DNA of 64,000 bases from Candidatus Bathyarchaeota archaeon. GTDB lineage: Archaea > Thermoproteota > Bathyarchaeia > Bathyarchaeales > Bathycorpusculaceae. Both the position numbers and the translations under genes were made by a program. Below are positions 18,497 to 27,521 of this stretch, piece after piece (within the stretch, counting starts at the first letter, position 1; each line of letters opens with the position of its first letter). Location of the stretch: positions 11,577 to 75,576 of the forward strand of contig CAWDYC010000009.1 of assembly GCA_963806535.1 (NCBI GenBank), given 5' to 3'. Below the pieces are notes generated by a model. That model was not told where the DNA came from and searched no databases. It saw only the letters and a list, made by a program, of their open reading frames with translations.

Positions 18497-19876
18497 TTAA
18501 TCTTTCAAAGCAATAATCACACATACATCGTTAACATTGGTCCCTGTCGCTCCTGTGTAGATAAGGTCGCCAAGTTTTGAGAAAAAACTGTAGGAATCAT
18601 TATTAGCAATATATTTTTCCGGATCCAACCCTAATTGCCTTGCTCGTTTCAGCGTGAACCCATCAATGATTGCTCCTGCAGCATCTGTTGGTCCATCAAC
18701 TCCGTCAGTGCTAAAAGAAGCAATTACGCATTCCTCGGATTCTTTAAGGTTCAAAGCGGCGGACAATGCCAGTTCTTGATTTCTGCCGCCCACCCCTTTT
18801 CCCCTAACGGTTACAGTTGTTTCTCCGCCAGCGACAACACCCAGTGATCTAGAAGTATCAATGCAAACAAAGCCTTCACTAGCAAGTTTTGCTAATGCTT
18901 TCCCAACTTCTTTAGCCTCTCCCGTCAACATATCAGCCAATAATAATGTGTTAAGTCCTTTAGAAGCTAAGAAGTCAATGGCGGCCAGGCTAGCGGTTCG
19001 GTTGTTACCAATCACTAAATTGTGAACTTTTTCAAAAACAAGATCATTTGGTTTAGGTGTTTCCTGAAGCAGACCTCTTTCGCCTTCTGAGAGGATCTTG
19101 CGAATGGAAACTGGTACCTTCAACCATAAATCATATTTTTCAAGGATTTTTTTGGCATCACTAAATGTTGATGTGTCAGGAACTGTTGGACCAGAGGCGA
19201 TTGAATCAAGTGGGTCTCCCATGACATCTGAGAGCACAAGGTTTAGGAGCGTTGCTGGATAAGCTTTTTTTGCTAGCCATCCGCCTTTGAAGGCTGAAAG
19301 ATGTTTTCGGACAGCGTTGATTTCGGTTATTTCGGCACCGCTTTTGAGAAGTGCATTTGTAAGTGCTTGCTTATCCTTAAGTGATATGCCTTCGCGAGGG
19401 AGCGGCATGAGACTTGACCCGCCGCCTGAAATCAGGCAAATAACTAAATCATCTTCTTTTGCTTGTTCGGCTATGGCCATAATGCGGAAAGTGCCAGCTA
19501 CTCCTGCTTCGTCAGGAACTGGGTGGCTGGCTTCATTGAGTTCTATAACTTTGGTTTTTTGGCTTGTACCGTAAGGAATGTTTACGACTCCAGCGGTTAT
19601 ATGGTTGCCCAGTATCTCTTCTATGGCTTGCGCCATTTTACCGCCTGCTTTGCCTCCACCTACAACGTAAACATGTTTGAACTTCCTTAAGTCAAACGTG
19701 CAGCCTTCAACCTGAAGCTGATCGTTTTCAACTTTCATTTTTGCCTTAATCAGCCGCTTAGGTTCTGCAGCGTTAACAGCTTGCTCAAGGCACTGAAGAG
19801 CTAGGTCACGACCTCTGCGAATATTTGAGGTTTCTCCGTTTTCGATTAACTTTTCTCGATTTATAATCTTTATCAT
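18497..19876 (-). CDS. Glycerate 2-kinase (DUF4147 + MOFRL family)
   Basis: VYVVGGGKAGGKMA, LISGGGSSL, GGETTVTVRGKGVGGRNQELALSAA, and STDGVDGPTDAAGA. Confidence 0.8.
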   Translation of the reverse strand: MIKIINREKLIENGETSNIRRGRDLALQCLEQAVNAAEPKRLIKAKMKVENDQLQVEGCTFDLRKFKHVYVVGGGKAGGKMAQAIEEILGNHITAGVVNIPYGTSQKTKVIELNEASHPVPDEAGVAGTFRIMAIAEQAKEDDLVICLISGGGSSLMPLPREGISLKDKQALTNALLKSGAEITEINAVRKHLSAFKGGWLAKKAYPATLLNLVLSDVMGDPLDSIASGPTVPDTSTFSDAKKILEKYDLWLKVPVSIRKILSEGERGLLQETPKPNDLVFEKVHNLVIGNNRTASLAAIDFLASKGLNTLLLADMLTGEAKEVGKALAKLASEGFVCIDTSRSLGVVAGGETTVTVRGKGVGGRNQELALSAALNLKESEECVIASFSTDGVDGPTDAAGAIIDGFTLKRARQLGLDPEKYIANNDSYSFFSKLGDLIYTGATGTNVNDVCVIIALKD

Positions 19877-19984
19877 TCGCTTTACCGTGAATTTTTTCTA
19901 TCAAGTCATATGGATATGCCTAAATAAACAATCTTGTAGCGGCTATTTGAAAAAAAGATGTTGATTTTGATTCAAAACTGATTA

Positions 19985-20059
19985 TGGACCGGGCGGGATT
20001 TGAACCCGCGGCTTCCGCGTTGCGAACGCGGCGATCATACCGAGCTGATCTACCGGCCC
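19985..20059 (-). tRNA. tRNA-Ala (anticodon CGC)
   Basis: I folded the reverse complement by hand into a cloverleaf: acceptor GGGCCGG/CCGGTCC with the G3:U70 Ala identity pair, anticodon loop TTCGCAA, and T-loop TTCAAAT. 75 nt, no encoded CCA. Confidence 0.9.
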
Positions 20060-20149
20060 ACTAAGATAATGCAGTGAAAAAAATACCTTGTTGAGTACAT
20101 TTAGAGCTTTCGGTTAAACAATTTCCGCTAAAGAACGAGAATAAGTAGT

Positions 20150-20326
20150 TTATTCTTCGCCGTATCCGTGCTCGATTCTGCCATGAGTTCTTTGGTAATT
20201 GGATGCATGGGCTTCTTTTTGGCTGCCAAAACAATTCATGTGTTTTTGTAGGTCTGCTTGGGTTAAAAATATGCAAGCGCAGTGTGGGCATTTGTAGCAT
20301 TTGTTATTGTTTTTTTCCTCAGTCAT
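20150..20326 (-). CDS. Small C2H2/C2HC-type zinc-finger protein (58 aa)
   Basis: My translation: MTEEKNNNKCYKCPHCACIFLTQADLQKHMNCFGSQKEAHASNYQRTHGRIEHGYGEE. GAGGAAG lies 6 nt upstream of the ATG. It is below the ORF-track length cutoff, and the track ORF 20061..20300 is a different frame. Confidence 0.5.
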   Translation of the reverse strand: MTEEKNNNKCYKCPHCACIFLTQADLQKHMNCFGSQKEAHASNYQRTHGRIEHGYGEE

Positions 20327-20672
20327 TGGGCTTCCTCATGTTTCAATATTTCAAGATTGATTACGCAGGTCTTCGGCTGCAAGATGCAGAAGACAAAGGA
20401 ACTTGCTCAAAGTCCCGGGATATCTTATAGCGTGATATGAAACAGTCGCTTATACGTTTTCATTCCTTAAATGGAGAGTTCTTCAACTCCTTCCCTTGAA
20501 GTTTTCTTTTCAATTAATAGTCAGTTGAGCAGTGAATTTGATTTTTGACTGAATTTTACTTGATTGAGTCTTTGGGGTTTTGGCTTTTCAGAAATTTATG
20601 AACCATGACTAAAGAACGTTTATTAAGTCTTACTACAAGATTTTGGTTTGACGTCAAGACGTGAAATAAACA

Positions 20673-21137
20673 TTGAAATTCAAAAAAGCACATTCAATTG
20701 CAGTAATCGCATTAGTTTTCATCGCAACCGCATTTACATTAGTAACCTCAGCGGTACTCCTAAACCAACAGAAAGTTCCAGCACAAGACGAAGTTGGCAG
20801 CAACGTATCAAGCTCAAAAAACATTGGTGTCTACGTAAATGAAGCAGCTACTACCGGTTGCTCAAACGTTGATTGGGGAAACTTATGCCCAGGCGGCTCA
20901 ACAAGTCAAATTTTATATATCAAAAATACTGGAAACATTAAAGAAACACTCAACATGACAACCTCGGACTGGAATCCAATTTCTGCCAATTCAGTTTTGA
21001 TTTTAACATGGGACAAAGAAAACACCACATTATCCCCAGGAACAGTAATTCCTGCAACACTTGAGCTTACAGCGGCTTCAGAGACTGGAAGCCTAACAGC
21101 TTTCAACTTTGCCATTCAGATATCAGGAAACCCCTAA
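20673..21137 (+). CDS. Secreted or N-terminally anchored beta-rich protein
   Basis: KKAHSIAVIALVFIATAFTLV hydrophobic N-terminus followed by a beta-rich Thr/Ser/Asn domain. Confidence 0.5.
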   Translation: MKFKKAHSIAVIALVFIATAFTLVTSAVLLNQQKVPAQDEVGSNVSSSKNIGVYVNEAATTGCSNVDWGNLCPGGSTSQILYIKNTGNIKETLNMTTSDWNPISANSVLILTWDKENTTLSPGTVIPATLELTAASETGSLTAFNFAIQISGNP

Positions 21138-21316
21138 GAAAACAAAGAATGACTGCTTTATTATCTGCAATTTACCTGCCATAAACTAGATTTTGGTTTT
21201 AGTTTGAATTAAATTGCTGAGAATAATTAGTTGGTGATATCGCATTACAAAGTTCTATAACAAATAGAAGTGAAGCTTGAAAAGGAAAAATTGAAAAAAA
21301 TTTAAGAAAATCGCGT

Positions 21317-21604
21317 CTATTGTTTGTTGGTCATTTCGTTAATTTGCTGTTCCATTGCATGTCCACGGCAGAAAACGGTTGCTTTTGTGACACCTGGAAC
21401 AGTTTTGGCAGCAGCTTTTATGTCGGCGGCAAGTTTGAATGCGATAGGGCAGAATGGGCTTGTGGGTACGAATTCTACTGTGACTTCTCCTGGAGCTGTT
21501 TCTTTGACGCTTTGAATCATTTGCATTTCAGCGAATGATTGTCCAGTTTCTGGGTCTTCTACTTTACCTACTTCTATGCGTACCTTATTTTCTAATTCGC
21601 TCAT
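21317..21604 (-). CDS. DUF59 / MIP18-family Fe-S assembly protein
   Basis: VEDPETGQSFAEMQMIQSV...VEFVPTSPFCPIAFKLAADIK is the DUF59 signature. ATG 21604 is preferred to the longer track ORF. Confidence 0.75.
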   Translation of the reverse strand: MSELENKVRIEVGKVEDPETGQSFAEMQMIQSVKETAPGEVTVEFVPTSPFCPIAFKLAADIKAAAKTVPGVTKATVFCRGHAMEQQINEMTNKQ

Positions 21605-21811
21605 TTTATTAACCTCTAACTTGAGTGAAAGAAATATGAAATGACAATGATATAAACCGAACGCATCAATTCTGTTGCCGCATATGACCCCAACAAAAGG
21701 TAAGAAAAACCGGCTAAACAAAGGCTAAAGCGTTTCTAAATTAGTTCTCGTTTAGCGGGCTTAATGTTTAAGTTTTGCTTCAAATATAATCAAATGTGAA
21801 GGCTATGTCGA

Positions 21812-22231
21812 ATGGCGTTTGACGAAGCATGCATATTTTGCAAAATAGTAAGAAAACAAGCGGCATCCAGCACCATATACGAAGACAAGACAGTAATGGC
21901 TTTCCTTGACATAAGACCATTAAACATTGGACATACGCTTGTTGTGCCCAAAGTCCATTACATTGACATTTTTGATATTCCAGAAAACGAATTATGCAAT
22001 ATTCATAAAGCGTCCAAATTAATTTCCCCAGCAATCAAAAAAGCAACTAAAGCAGACGGCATCAGTATTATTCAGCAAAACGGTAAATCGGCAGGCCAGG
22101 ACATATTCCATTTTCATGTACATGTAGTTCCAAGATTTGAAGACCAAAAAATGCCCAGTTTTAGTGAGCTTAAACCTGTTGAGCGAGCCAAGCTTGATGA
22201 GATGGCGAAGAAAATTATGCAGCATCTCTAA
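21812..22231 (+). CDS. HIT-family (histidine triad) nucleotide hydrolase
   Basis: CIFCKIV, PLNIGHTLVVPK, and the HFHVHVVPR triad. Confidence 0.85.
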   Translation: MAFDEACIFCKIVRKQAASSTIYEDKTVMAFLDIRPLNIGHTLVVPKVHYIDIFDIPENELCNIHKASKLISPAIKKATKADGISIIQQNGKSAGQDIFHFHVHVVPRFEDQKMPSFSELKPVERAKLDEMAKKIMQHL

Positions 22232-22325
22232 CATAAGTTTTGGATAGCGATGTAAAATATTGGATATTCTTATTAGATTGGAAATCCTAGAATAATATAG
22301 CGAGATTTTAGGCAGGTGTTATTTT

Positions 22326-22496
22326 TTGGCAAATAAAAAAGATGACAAATATCAATGCGAAGACTGCGGGCTTGTTATTTTGGTTGAAGAACCTTGCGGT
22401 TGCGAATCGACTGAGATTGTCTGTTGTGGCGAACCAATGAAACCAGTCAAAACATCTCAAAAAGCAGCACCGAAACCAAGCTCTAAAAGCAAATAA
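22326..22496 (+). CDS. Desulforedoxin-like small metal-binding protein (56 aa)
   Basis: My translation: (M)ANKKDDKYQCEDCGLVILVEEPCGCESTEIVCCGEPMKPV... This matches the desulforedoxin pattern YxCxxCG...CCGxxM. The track lists only an antisense ORF here (22308..22502). Confidence 0.6.
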   Translation: MANKKDDKYQCEDCGLVILVEEPCGCESTEIVCCGEPMKPVKTSQKAAPKPSSKSK

Positions 22497-22597
22497 ATTC
22501 ATAAATAATAATCCTATTTTTTTATTTTTTCAAGCAAATATATAAAAGATATTTTAAAAAAAATGAGGCCCCTGCACAATTGCAGGTCTACTTTTTT

Positions 22598-23074
22598 TTA
22601 CATCATCTTGTTAGCAGCATCCATTTTTGGCATTAACACTTTATCAATAGCATGGCAAACTCCATTGTCCACAACGAGGTCTGGTTTGATGATGTTTGCA
22701 CCGTTAACTTTCATGTTTTTATGCAAATGCCAAGTTTTAGCGTCTATCCTTAATTCTCCTCCTGAAAGCGCTTGCAAATACTCGTGCTTAGCCAAATCGG
22801 CCGCCATCATTTTTCCTTCACACACATGGAAAGTTAAAACTTCCTTCAACTTGGCAGTGTCTTTCATGAGCATGTCCCAGTCAGCTTTGGGAATTTTATT
22901 GAATGCTTCGTCTGTTGGCGCAAAGACGGTGAATGGACCTGGACCTTTAAGTGTATCAACTAATCCTGCTGTTTTTACTGCTTCTACAAGCTTTGTCATT
23001 CCTGATGCCATTGCAGCATCAACAATATCCGGCAAAATTTCACCTCCACTTACAATTAAACCTTGAAAATCCAC
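22598..23074 (-). CDS. Fasciclin (FAS1) domain protein
   Basis: GPGPFTVFAPTDEAFNKIP, VLTFHVCEG, and VCHAIDKVLMP. GTG 23074 is chosen so the gene does not overlap the upstream DinB gene. Confidence 0.75.
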   Translation of the reverse strand: MDFQGLIVSGGEILPDIVDAAMASGMTKLVEAVKTAGLVDTLKGPGPFTVFAPTDEAFNKIPKADWDMLMKDTAKLKEVLTFHVCEGKMMAADLAKHEYLQALSGGELRIDAKTWHLHKNMKVNGANIIKPDLVVDNGVCHAIDKVLMPKMDAANKMM

Positions 23075-23114
23075 TGAAGTATAATTGATAAAATATGTTT
23101 TAAACTTTGCTAGT

Positions 23115-23606
23115 CTATGGATGCTGGTGTTTGTATCTCCAGAAACCCATGTAAGGCGCTTCCAAACCCATTTGCCAAAGAACTGCTGACAATTCACCAT
23201 AATGAATCATGTCTTCTATAACCATGTGCGTTAGCACGGTTTCAACGCTAACTTCTAGAGAAGGTTTCTCACCCCAAGGGACTGCGATTTGGCGGCCTAA
23301 TTCTTCAACTGACAGCTTGCCAAGATAGTTTTGCGTGTTTTCCTTCACTTGTAACATATACTTCTTCAATGAATCCATATTCTTGAAGGCATCAAAGTCA
23401 GGGTCAACCCAATCCTTGAAGCGGCCAGGAATAACATAGCTAATCCATCTGTCTTCTACTAGCGTCAAATGCAGAAAGACGTTTCGCATAGAACCAAAAC
23501 TCAAACCTTTAAGAGCAACAACTTCAGCCCAAGACAATTTTGCGATAGCATCAAAATATAGCCCTCGAACGGTGTGGTTGTAACAGATTAAATCGGTAAC
23601 TTGCAT
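23115..23606 (-). CDS. DinB-family (four-helix bundle) protein
   Basis: NVFLHLTLVEDRW...LTHMVIEDMIHYGELSAVL carries His residues in DinB-like positions. Confidence 0.65.
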   Translation of the reverse strand: MQVTDLICYNHTVRGLYFDAIAKLSWAEVVALKGLSFGSMRNVFLHLTLVEDRWISYVIPGRFKDWVDPDFDAFKNMDSLKKYMLQVKENTQNYLGKLSVEELGRQIAVPWGEKPSLEVSVETVLTHMVIEDMIHYGELSAVLWQMGLEAPYMGFWRYKHQHP

Positions 23607-23666
23607 GAAACTTGCTTGCGCCAAATAGATATTTAAAACTTGAGTGATTTCTTATTTGAATGAGCT

Positions 23667-24074
23667 TTAGGTTGGGGGTCTTTTTTGCGCATATTGGTAT
23701 CTGCGAGGTTTGCCGATTCGTGTTAAAATGTTGTCTTTAACTAGATCGACAAGGGCATGAGCTACGGCTGTACGATCATAGTGAAATCCTTTGCGTGCAA
23801 GCTCGGTGTGGACATCATCTAAGCCTCTTGGCTCCGTGAACCATTTTTCTTCCCATAGTTTTTGGATCACGCCTTTGCAAGTTTCTGCTCGTGGTGGCGG
23901 TGCTTGACGTTCGGCGACTTGGGCGAGGTTGGTGTTTTTTAGGCGTTCGGTGACGGTGGCGAGTATTCTGTCTACGGCGGTCTGTATTTGGTCTGGTTGG
24001 GCTTCGATTTCGAATTCTATGTCGCCGACTTTCATCTTTACGCGTATTGGAGGATTTTGCTGTTTTTCTGTCAA
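23667..24074 (-). CDS. Hypothetical protein with probable C-terminal winged-helix DNA-binding domain
   Basis: LDDVHTELARKGFHYDRTAVAHALVDLVKDNILTRIGKPRRYQY reads as a wHTH. It is divergent from the nurA-herA pair. Confidence 0.5.
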   Translation of the reverse strand: MTEKQQNPPIRVKMKVGDIEFEIEAQPDQIQTAVDRILATVTERLKNTNLAQVAERQAPPPRAETCKGVIQKLWEEKWFTEPRGLDDVHTELARKGFHYDRTAVAHALVDLVKDNILTRIGKPRRYQYAQKRPPT

Positions 24075-24096
24075 GTTCTCACTTATTGTCTATTGT

Positions 24097-24160
24097 ATTG
24101 TGCAAGATGCACATGCACAATACTTAAATATTTCACCAATAAAGATATTGAATATTGGTG
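24097..24160. promoter_or_regulatory. Two palindromic operator-like sites and a TATA-like box in the divergent promoter
   Basis: ATTGTGCA-N9-TGCACAAT (24097-24121), CACCAATA-N11-TATTGGTG (24134-24160), and TTAAATAT at 24124-24131, about 35 nt before ATG 24165. Confidence 0.45.
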
Positions 24161-24164
24161 AATC

Positions 24165-25244
24165 ATGGTGATTGAACAATATACAATTACTAACAAATAT
24201 AACTTTCCACAACCAACCATCGACACAATCCTCCCCCAACGCTTCTTAGAACAAAGCCTCTATTCCCTCAAAAAAGTCCAACATCAACCACTCCAACTAA
24301 ACCCCAAAAACATCCAACAATTCACTACAACAGAGCAATATCCATCAAACCTACAGCTCAAACCAAACTCAATCCCCATAAAACCAGATCACCAAGAAAC
24401 CCTGATCGCCGCCGTCGACACCTCAACAATAAAAATCGGTGACACAAGCACCGGTATGATAGTTGCTATTCGAGGAGCAACTACATGGAAACAAAACCGA
24501 ACCTACAAATACACGCGTCTTGGCCCCTTCATATTTCACATAACCGAGGATAACAAAAACCAACTCTACAACACGCTGGAACACGCTTATTTCAGCACAA
24601 CTTACGGTAGCATGCATCAAGCAGCGCCGAACATCATGCAAATGCCAACTCGACTCGCAAGTCTCTTAGAACGGTGGCTGCAAACGATGGTGGCCAAAAC
24701 CGTGGACAAAGGTGTATTGCTTTTCGACGGTTCATTAACATCAGGAACCTTTGATACCCCTGTTCAACGTCTCAGGGAAATTCTTAGTTACGCAAGAAGA
24801 AACAATAGCACTGTTTTAGCTTTTTCAAAAGCAACTACGCTGAGGGCTAACGGCCTCTTGATAACTGAGCAGCTTCCAAACCATGATCCTCCATACCTAA
24901 TCGAAACCACAGGGTTGCATTCTAGGCCTCCAATCATTTTGCTTGGCGATGTTTATGTAGCGCGGTTAAACAAGGCAAACTTTGCCTTCCGCCTAGACAT
25001 CGACAAAGAAACACCCTCTGAACAAAGAATTGACGCCCTTCAGAAACTGCTGGGCAACGACCTCTACACACAAAGCTATCCAGAAACCCTATGCCTCTCA
25101 CATATACTTTGCACATTCACCGCCAACGAAGTCTTGGCTATGAAACACTTCATCACACGCAAACACGGTATACAAATAATCAATCGACCAGACATACATC
25201 GGCTGCTTTTCGGATCATTCGGCAATGGGGAATTTTACTCATGA
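24165..25244 (+). CDS. nurA: NurA-like nuclease
   Basis: IAAVDTSTIKIG, VLLFDGSLTSG, GDVYVARL...FRLDID, and SYPETLCLSHIL follow the NurA motif order (DxS, DGSL, YP..L..H). It has a Q/P-rich N-terminal extension. Confidence 0.6.
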   Translation: MVIEQYTITNKYNFPQPTIDTILPQRFLEQSLYSLKKVQHQPLQLNPKNIQQFTTTEQYPSNLQLKPNSIPIKPDHQETLIAAVDTSTIKIGDTSTGMIVAIRGATTWKQNRTYKYTRLGPFIFHITEDNKNQLYNTLEHAYFSTTYGSMHQAAPNIMQMPTRLASLLERWLQTMVAKTVDKGVLLFDGSLTSGTFDTPVQRLREILSYARRNNSTVLAFSKATTLRANGLLITEQLPNHDPPYLIETTGLHSRPPIILLGDVYVARLNKANFAFRLDIDKETPSEQRIDALQKLLGNDLYTQSYPETLCLSHILCTFTANEVLAMKHFITRKHGIQIINRPDIHRLLFGSFGNGEFYS

Positions 25245-26701
25245 AACTCTATAAAAAAGAAGGAAACATTCTGCAAATAATTAGTTTCCCAATGGAGAGC
25301 GCTGAAAAAGGCGATTACCTCCTTATTGAAGACCAAGATGCAGCGAAAGCTCTAATTGCCCAAGTTATTGACGTGCAGTTTGCCGCTGTTCCCGGCGTTC
25401 TTGAAGAGCTTCTACGAACTTTGCCTGATGGAGGAGAACAGTTGCAGGGCGAAGATATTGACCCCATGGAAATCGCACCTCATATCACTTACATTCAAGA
25501 TGCTAGCCTTTTGATTTGCAAGATAAGGGCAACCTTGGAAAATGAAATGTTAAGTCCAAGTAGCAGCTGGTTACCCAGCCGTTCCCAATCCACCATCAAG
25601 AAATTGTCCATTCCCATGCTTTTGAAACTGGCAAAAACAGATGGGAAACTTCCGATTATGTTGGGTGGAACTAAGGACTCATCACTTTTAACCATCGATG
25701 CTACTGACTTGGACGGCACATTAAACATTATAACAGGTAAGAAGGGCTGTGGTAAGTCACATCTCTCCAAACTCCTCATGGTTAACCTTGTCGGCTACAA
25801 AGCAACCGTTGTCATCTTCGACTTAAATGGGGAATACTCAAGCTTAGGAATGACAAACGATGGCAGAAAAAACGTATATTATGATAAAATTCACACTTTG
25901 ACCCCCTCGCAGAACTTCAAAGTGGCACTTGAACAACTGCCCCTAAACACGGTAATGGGCATACTCGTAAACGCTCTGCATCTACCCGGCACCTCCGCAC
26001 GGGAATTTAGGCGACTATGGAAAATGCTCAAAGAACAGGGAAAACTCAACATGAAACAGTTGGGCGAGGCGATCAGGGACTTAAATTGCAACCAGCATGT
26101 ACGAGATGCGTTAGCTTCAAGATTCCACTCTTTTGCAAACTCTGGCTTTTTTACCGACACCCTAGTTGAAGCAACATTTCTTGATGAAAGCATCTTGAAA
26201 TCCAAAGACCTTGGCGGCGCCATAGTAATAAATCTCAAAAACACATCCAATATTGATCGACAAATCGTTGTCGAATATGTCTTGGGTAAACTGGTTGATT
26301 CACTTTCAAATTGGAAACTCAAAGCCGTATTCTTATTTGCGGAAGAAGCACATCTCTACCTAAGAGAAACCTACTGGGACGACATCGTCACCCGCATGCG
26401 ACACTATGGCATATTTACCACATTCATCACAAATCAACCAGACACCATCCAGGAAACCATCTACCGCCAAGCCGACAACATCTTTCTATTCAACTTCACC
26501 AACGAACACGACCTAGATGTTGTCAGCCGCGCAGCCCGAGTCGATGCCGAAACTGTGCGTTCAATCGCCCGAGACCTTCCACCTCACCACTGTCTCACAT
26601 TAGGCAGAGTTGTCAGTGACTTTCCCATAGTGGCCAGAGTCCGAGCTTTAGATATCAAAACACTTGGTGAAACAAGGTTGTTCTTTAAAGATAAGAATTA
26701 G
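25241..26701 (+). CDS. herA: HerA-like (FtsK/HerA superfamily) hexameric ATPase
   Basis: ATG 25241 overlaps the nurA stop (ATGA). Features: beta-barrel-like N-terminus (GDYLLIEDQD...LIAQVIDV), Walker A ITGKKGCGKSH, IFDLNGEY, and Walker B VFLFAEEAHLY. Confidence 0.75.
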   Translation: MKLYKKEGNILQIISFPMESAEKGDYLLIEDQDAAKALIAQVIDVQFAAVPGVLEELLRTLPDGGEQLQGEDIDPMEIAPHITYIQDASLLICKIRATLENEMLSPSSSWLPSRSQSTIKKLSIPMLLKLAKTDGKLPIMLGGTKDSSLLTIDATDLDGTLNIITGKKGCGKSHLSKLLMVNLVGYKATVVIFDLNGEYSSLGMTNDGRKNVYYDKIHTLTPSQNFKVALEQLPLNTVMGILVNALHLPGTSAREFRRLWKMLKEQGKLNMKQLGEAIRDLNCNQHVRDALASRFHSFANSGFFTDTLVEATFLDESILKSKDLGGAIVINLKNTSNIDRQIVVEYVLGKLVDSLSNWKLKAVFLFAEEAHLYLRETYWDDIVTRMRHYGIFTTFITNQPDTIQETIYRQADNIFLFNFTNEHDLDVVSRAARVDAETVRSIARDLPPHHCLTLGRVVSDFPIVARVRALDIKTLGETRLFFKDKN

Positions 26702-26826
26702 CAGCAAATTTTTTTTGATTTTAACAAAAACAATCCATAAATGAAGGGATTGATTGCTAAATAGAAAATTGTTGTTGCTCGATGTAATCACAAGTTTTCA
26801 TATAGTTCAGACGCGAATATTAACAA

Positions 26827-26983
26827 GTGACTTTGTTGATTTCGAGTTATAAACATAAATGTCCAAAATGCGGAAAAGAGTTGTCTAAACCTGCCTAGGG
26901 AATTAGAGAACTCAGTTTTTTGTGTAGCAGTTTTCAGATGTGACGCATGCGGTACTTCATCCAAGTATTCTCGGGAATATTAG
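26827..26983 (+). pseudogene. Small 4-Cys zinc-ribbon protein, frame change near 26890
   Basis: YKHKCPKCGKELSKP in one frame continues as (R)ELENSVFCVAVFRCDACGTSSKYSREY in another. Confidence 0.3.
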
Positions 26984-27052
26984 AAACAAATAAAAATCAA
27001 TTTTTTAAGGGCTTTTTATAGTAAGTTTGCATCTCTTAGTTTTAAAAAATGT

Positions 27053-27496
27053 TCAATAGGAATTAGCTTTTTCCAATTCTTCCTTGTTATTTCTGAAGAA
27101 AAGCCGAAAGGAAGCTGTTAAATCGTAGCTTTCCACATCTTCAAATGAAACCCAGCGTAGTTCCATTGCATCGCTTGCAGCCTGAGCGGTTCCTTTTTTC
27201 ACGTGAATAAGATATTCGATTATTATATAATGGTATTTGACTTTGTTCTTCTCATCCAAATCAACGTTGCTTACTACGTCGATTAATGCTGGATTGCCAA
27301 CCTCTAAGCCAGTTTCCTCTCGGGCTTCTCGTATAACTGCTTGCTCTGGGCTTTCAGCAAGCTCGACTAAGCCACCTGGAATTGTCCATTTGCCTTTGCT
27401 TGGCTCGTTTCCTCGTTTAATCAGGGCGATTTTGCCTTCTTTGATTATTACGGCGCCGACGCCTACGACTGGCTGGTCGGGGTATAAACGCTTCAC
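27053..27496 (-). CDS. NUDIX hydrolase
   Basis: NUDIX box: GKWTIPGGLVELAESPEQAVIREAREETGLEV. Confidence 0.85.
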   Translation of the reverse strand: MKRLYPDQPVVGVGAVIIKEGKIALIKRGNEPSKGKWTIPGGLVELAESPEQAVIREAREETGLEVGNPALIDVVSNVDLDEKNKVKYHYIIIEYLIHVKKGTAQAASDAMELRWVSFEDVESYDLTASFRLFFRNNKEELEKANSY

Positions 27497-27521
27497 AGTT
27501 TATGCCTCTTCTGGCCCTATG

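Noticed and set aside
22563-23066. 167-aa plus-strand ORF
   Set aside because: It is antisense to the well-supported fasciclin-domain gene and has no recognisable motifs.
25091-25240. Extended HerA start from the ORF track (536 aa from 25091)
   Set aside because: The extension lies entirely inside nurA in another frame. ATG 25241 gives the typical ATGA stop-start coupling and a sensible HerA N-terminus.
26311-26619. 102-aa His/Pro/Arg-rich plus-strand ORF
   Set aside because: It is an overlapping alternative frame of herA. It is low complexity and reflects only the A/C-rich composition of that gene.
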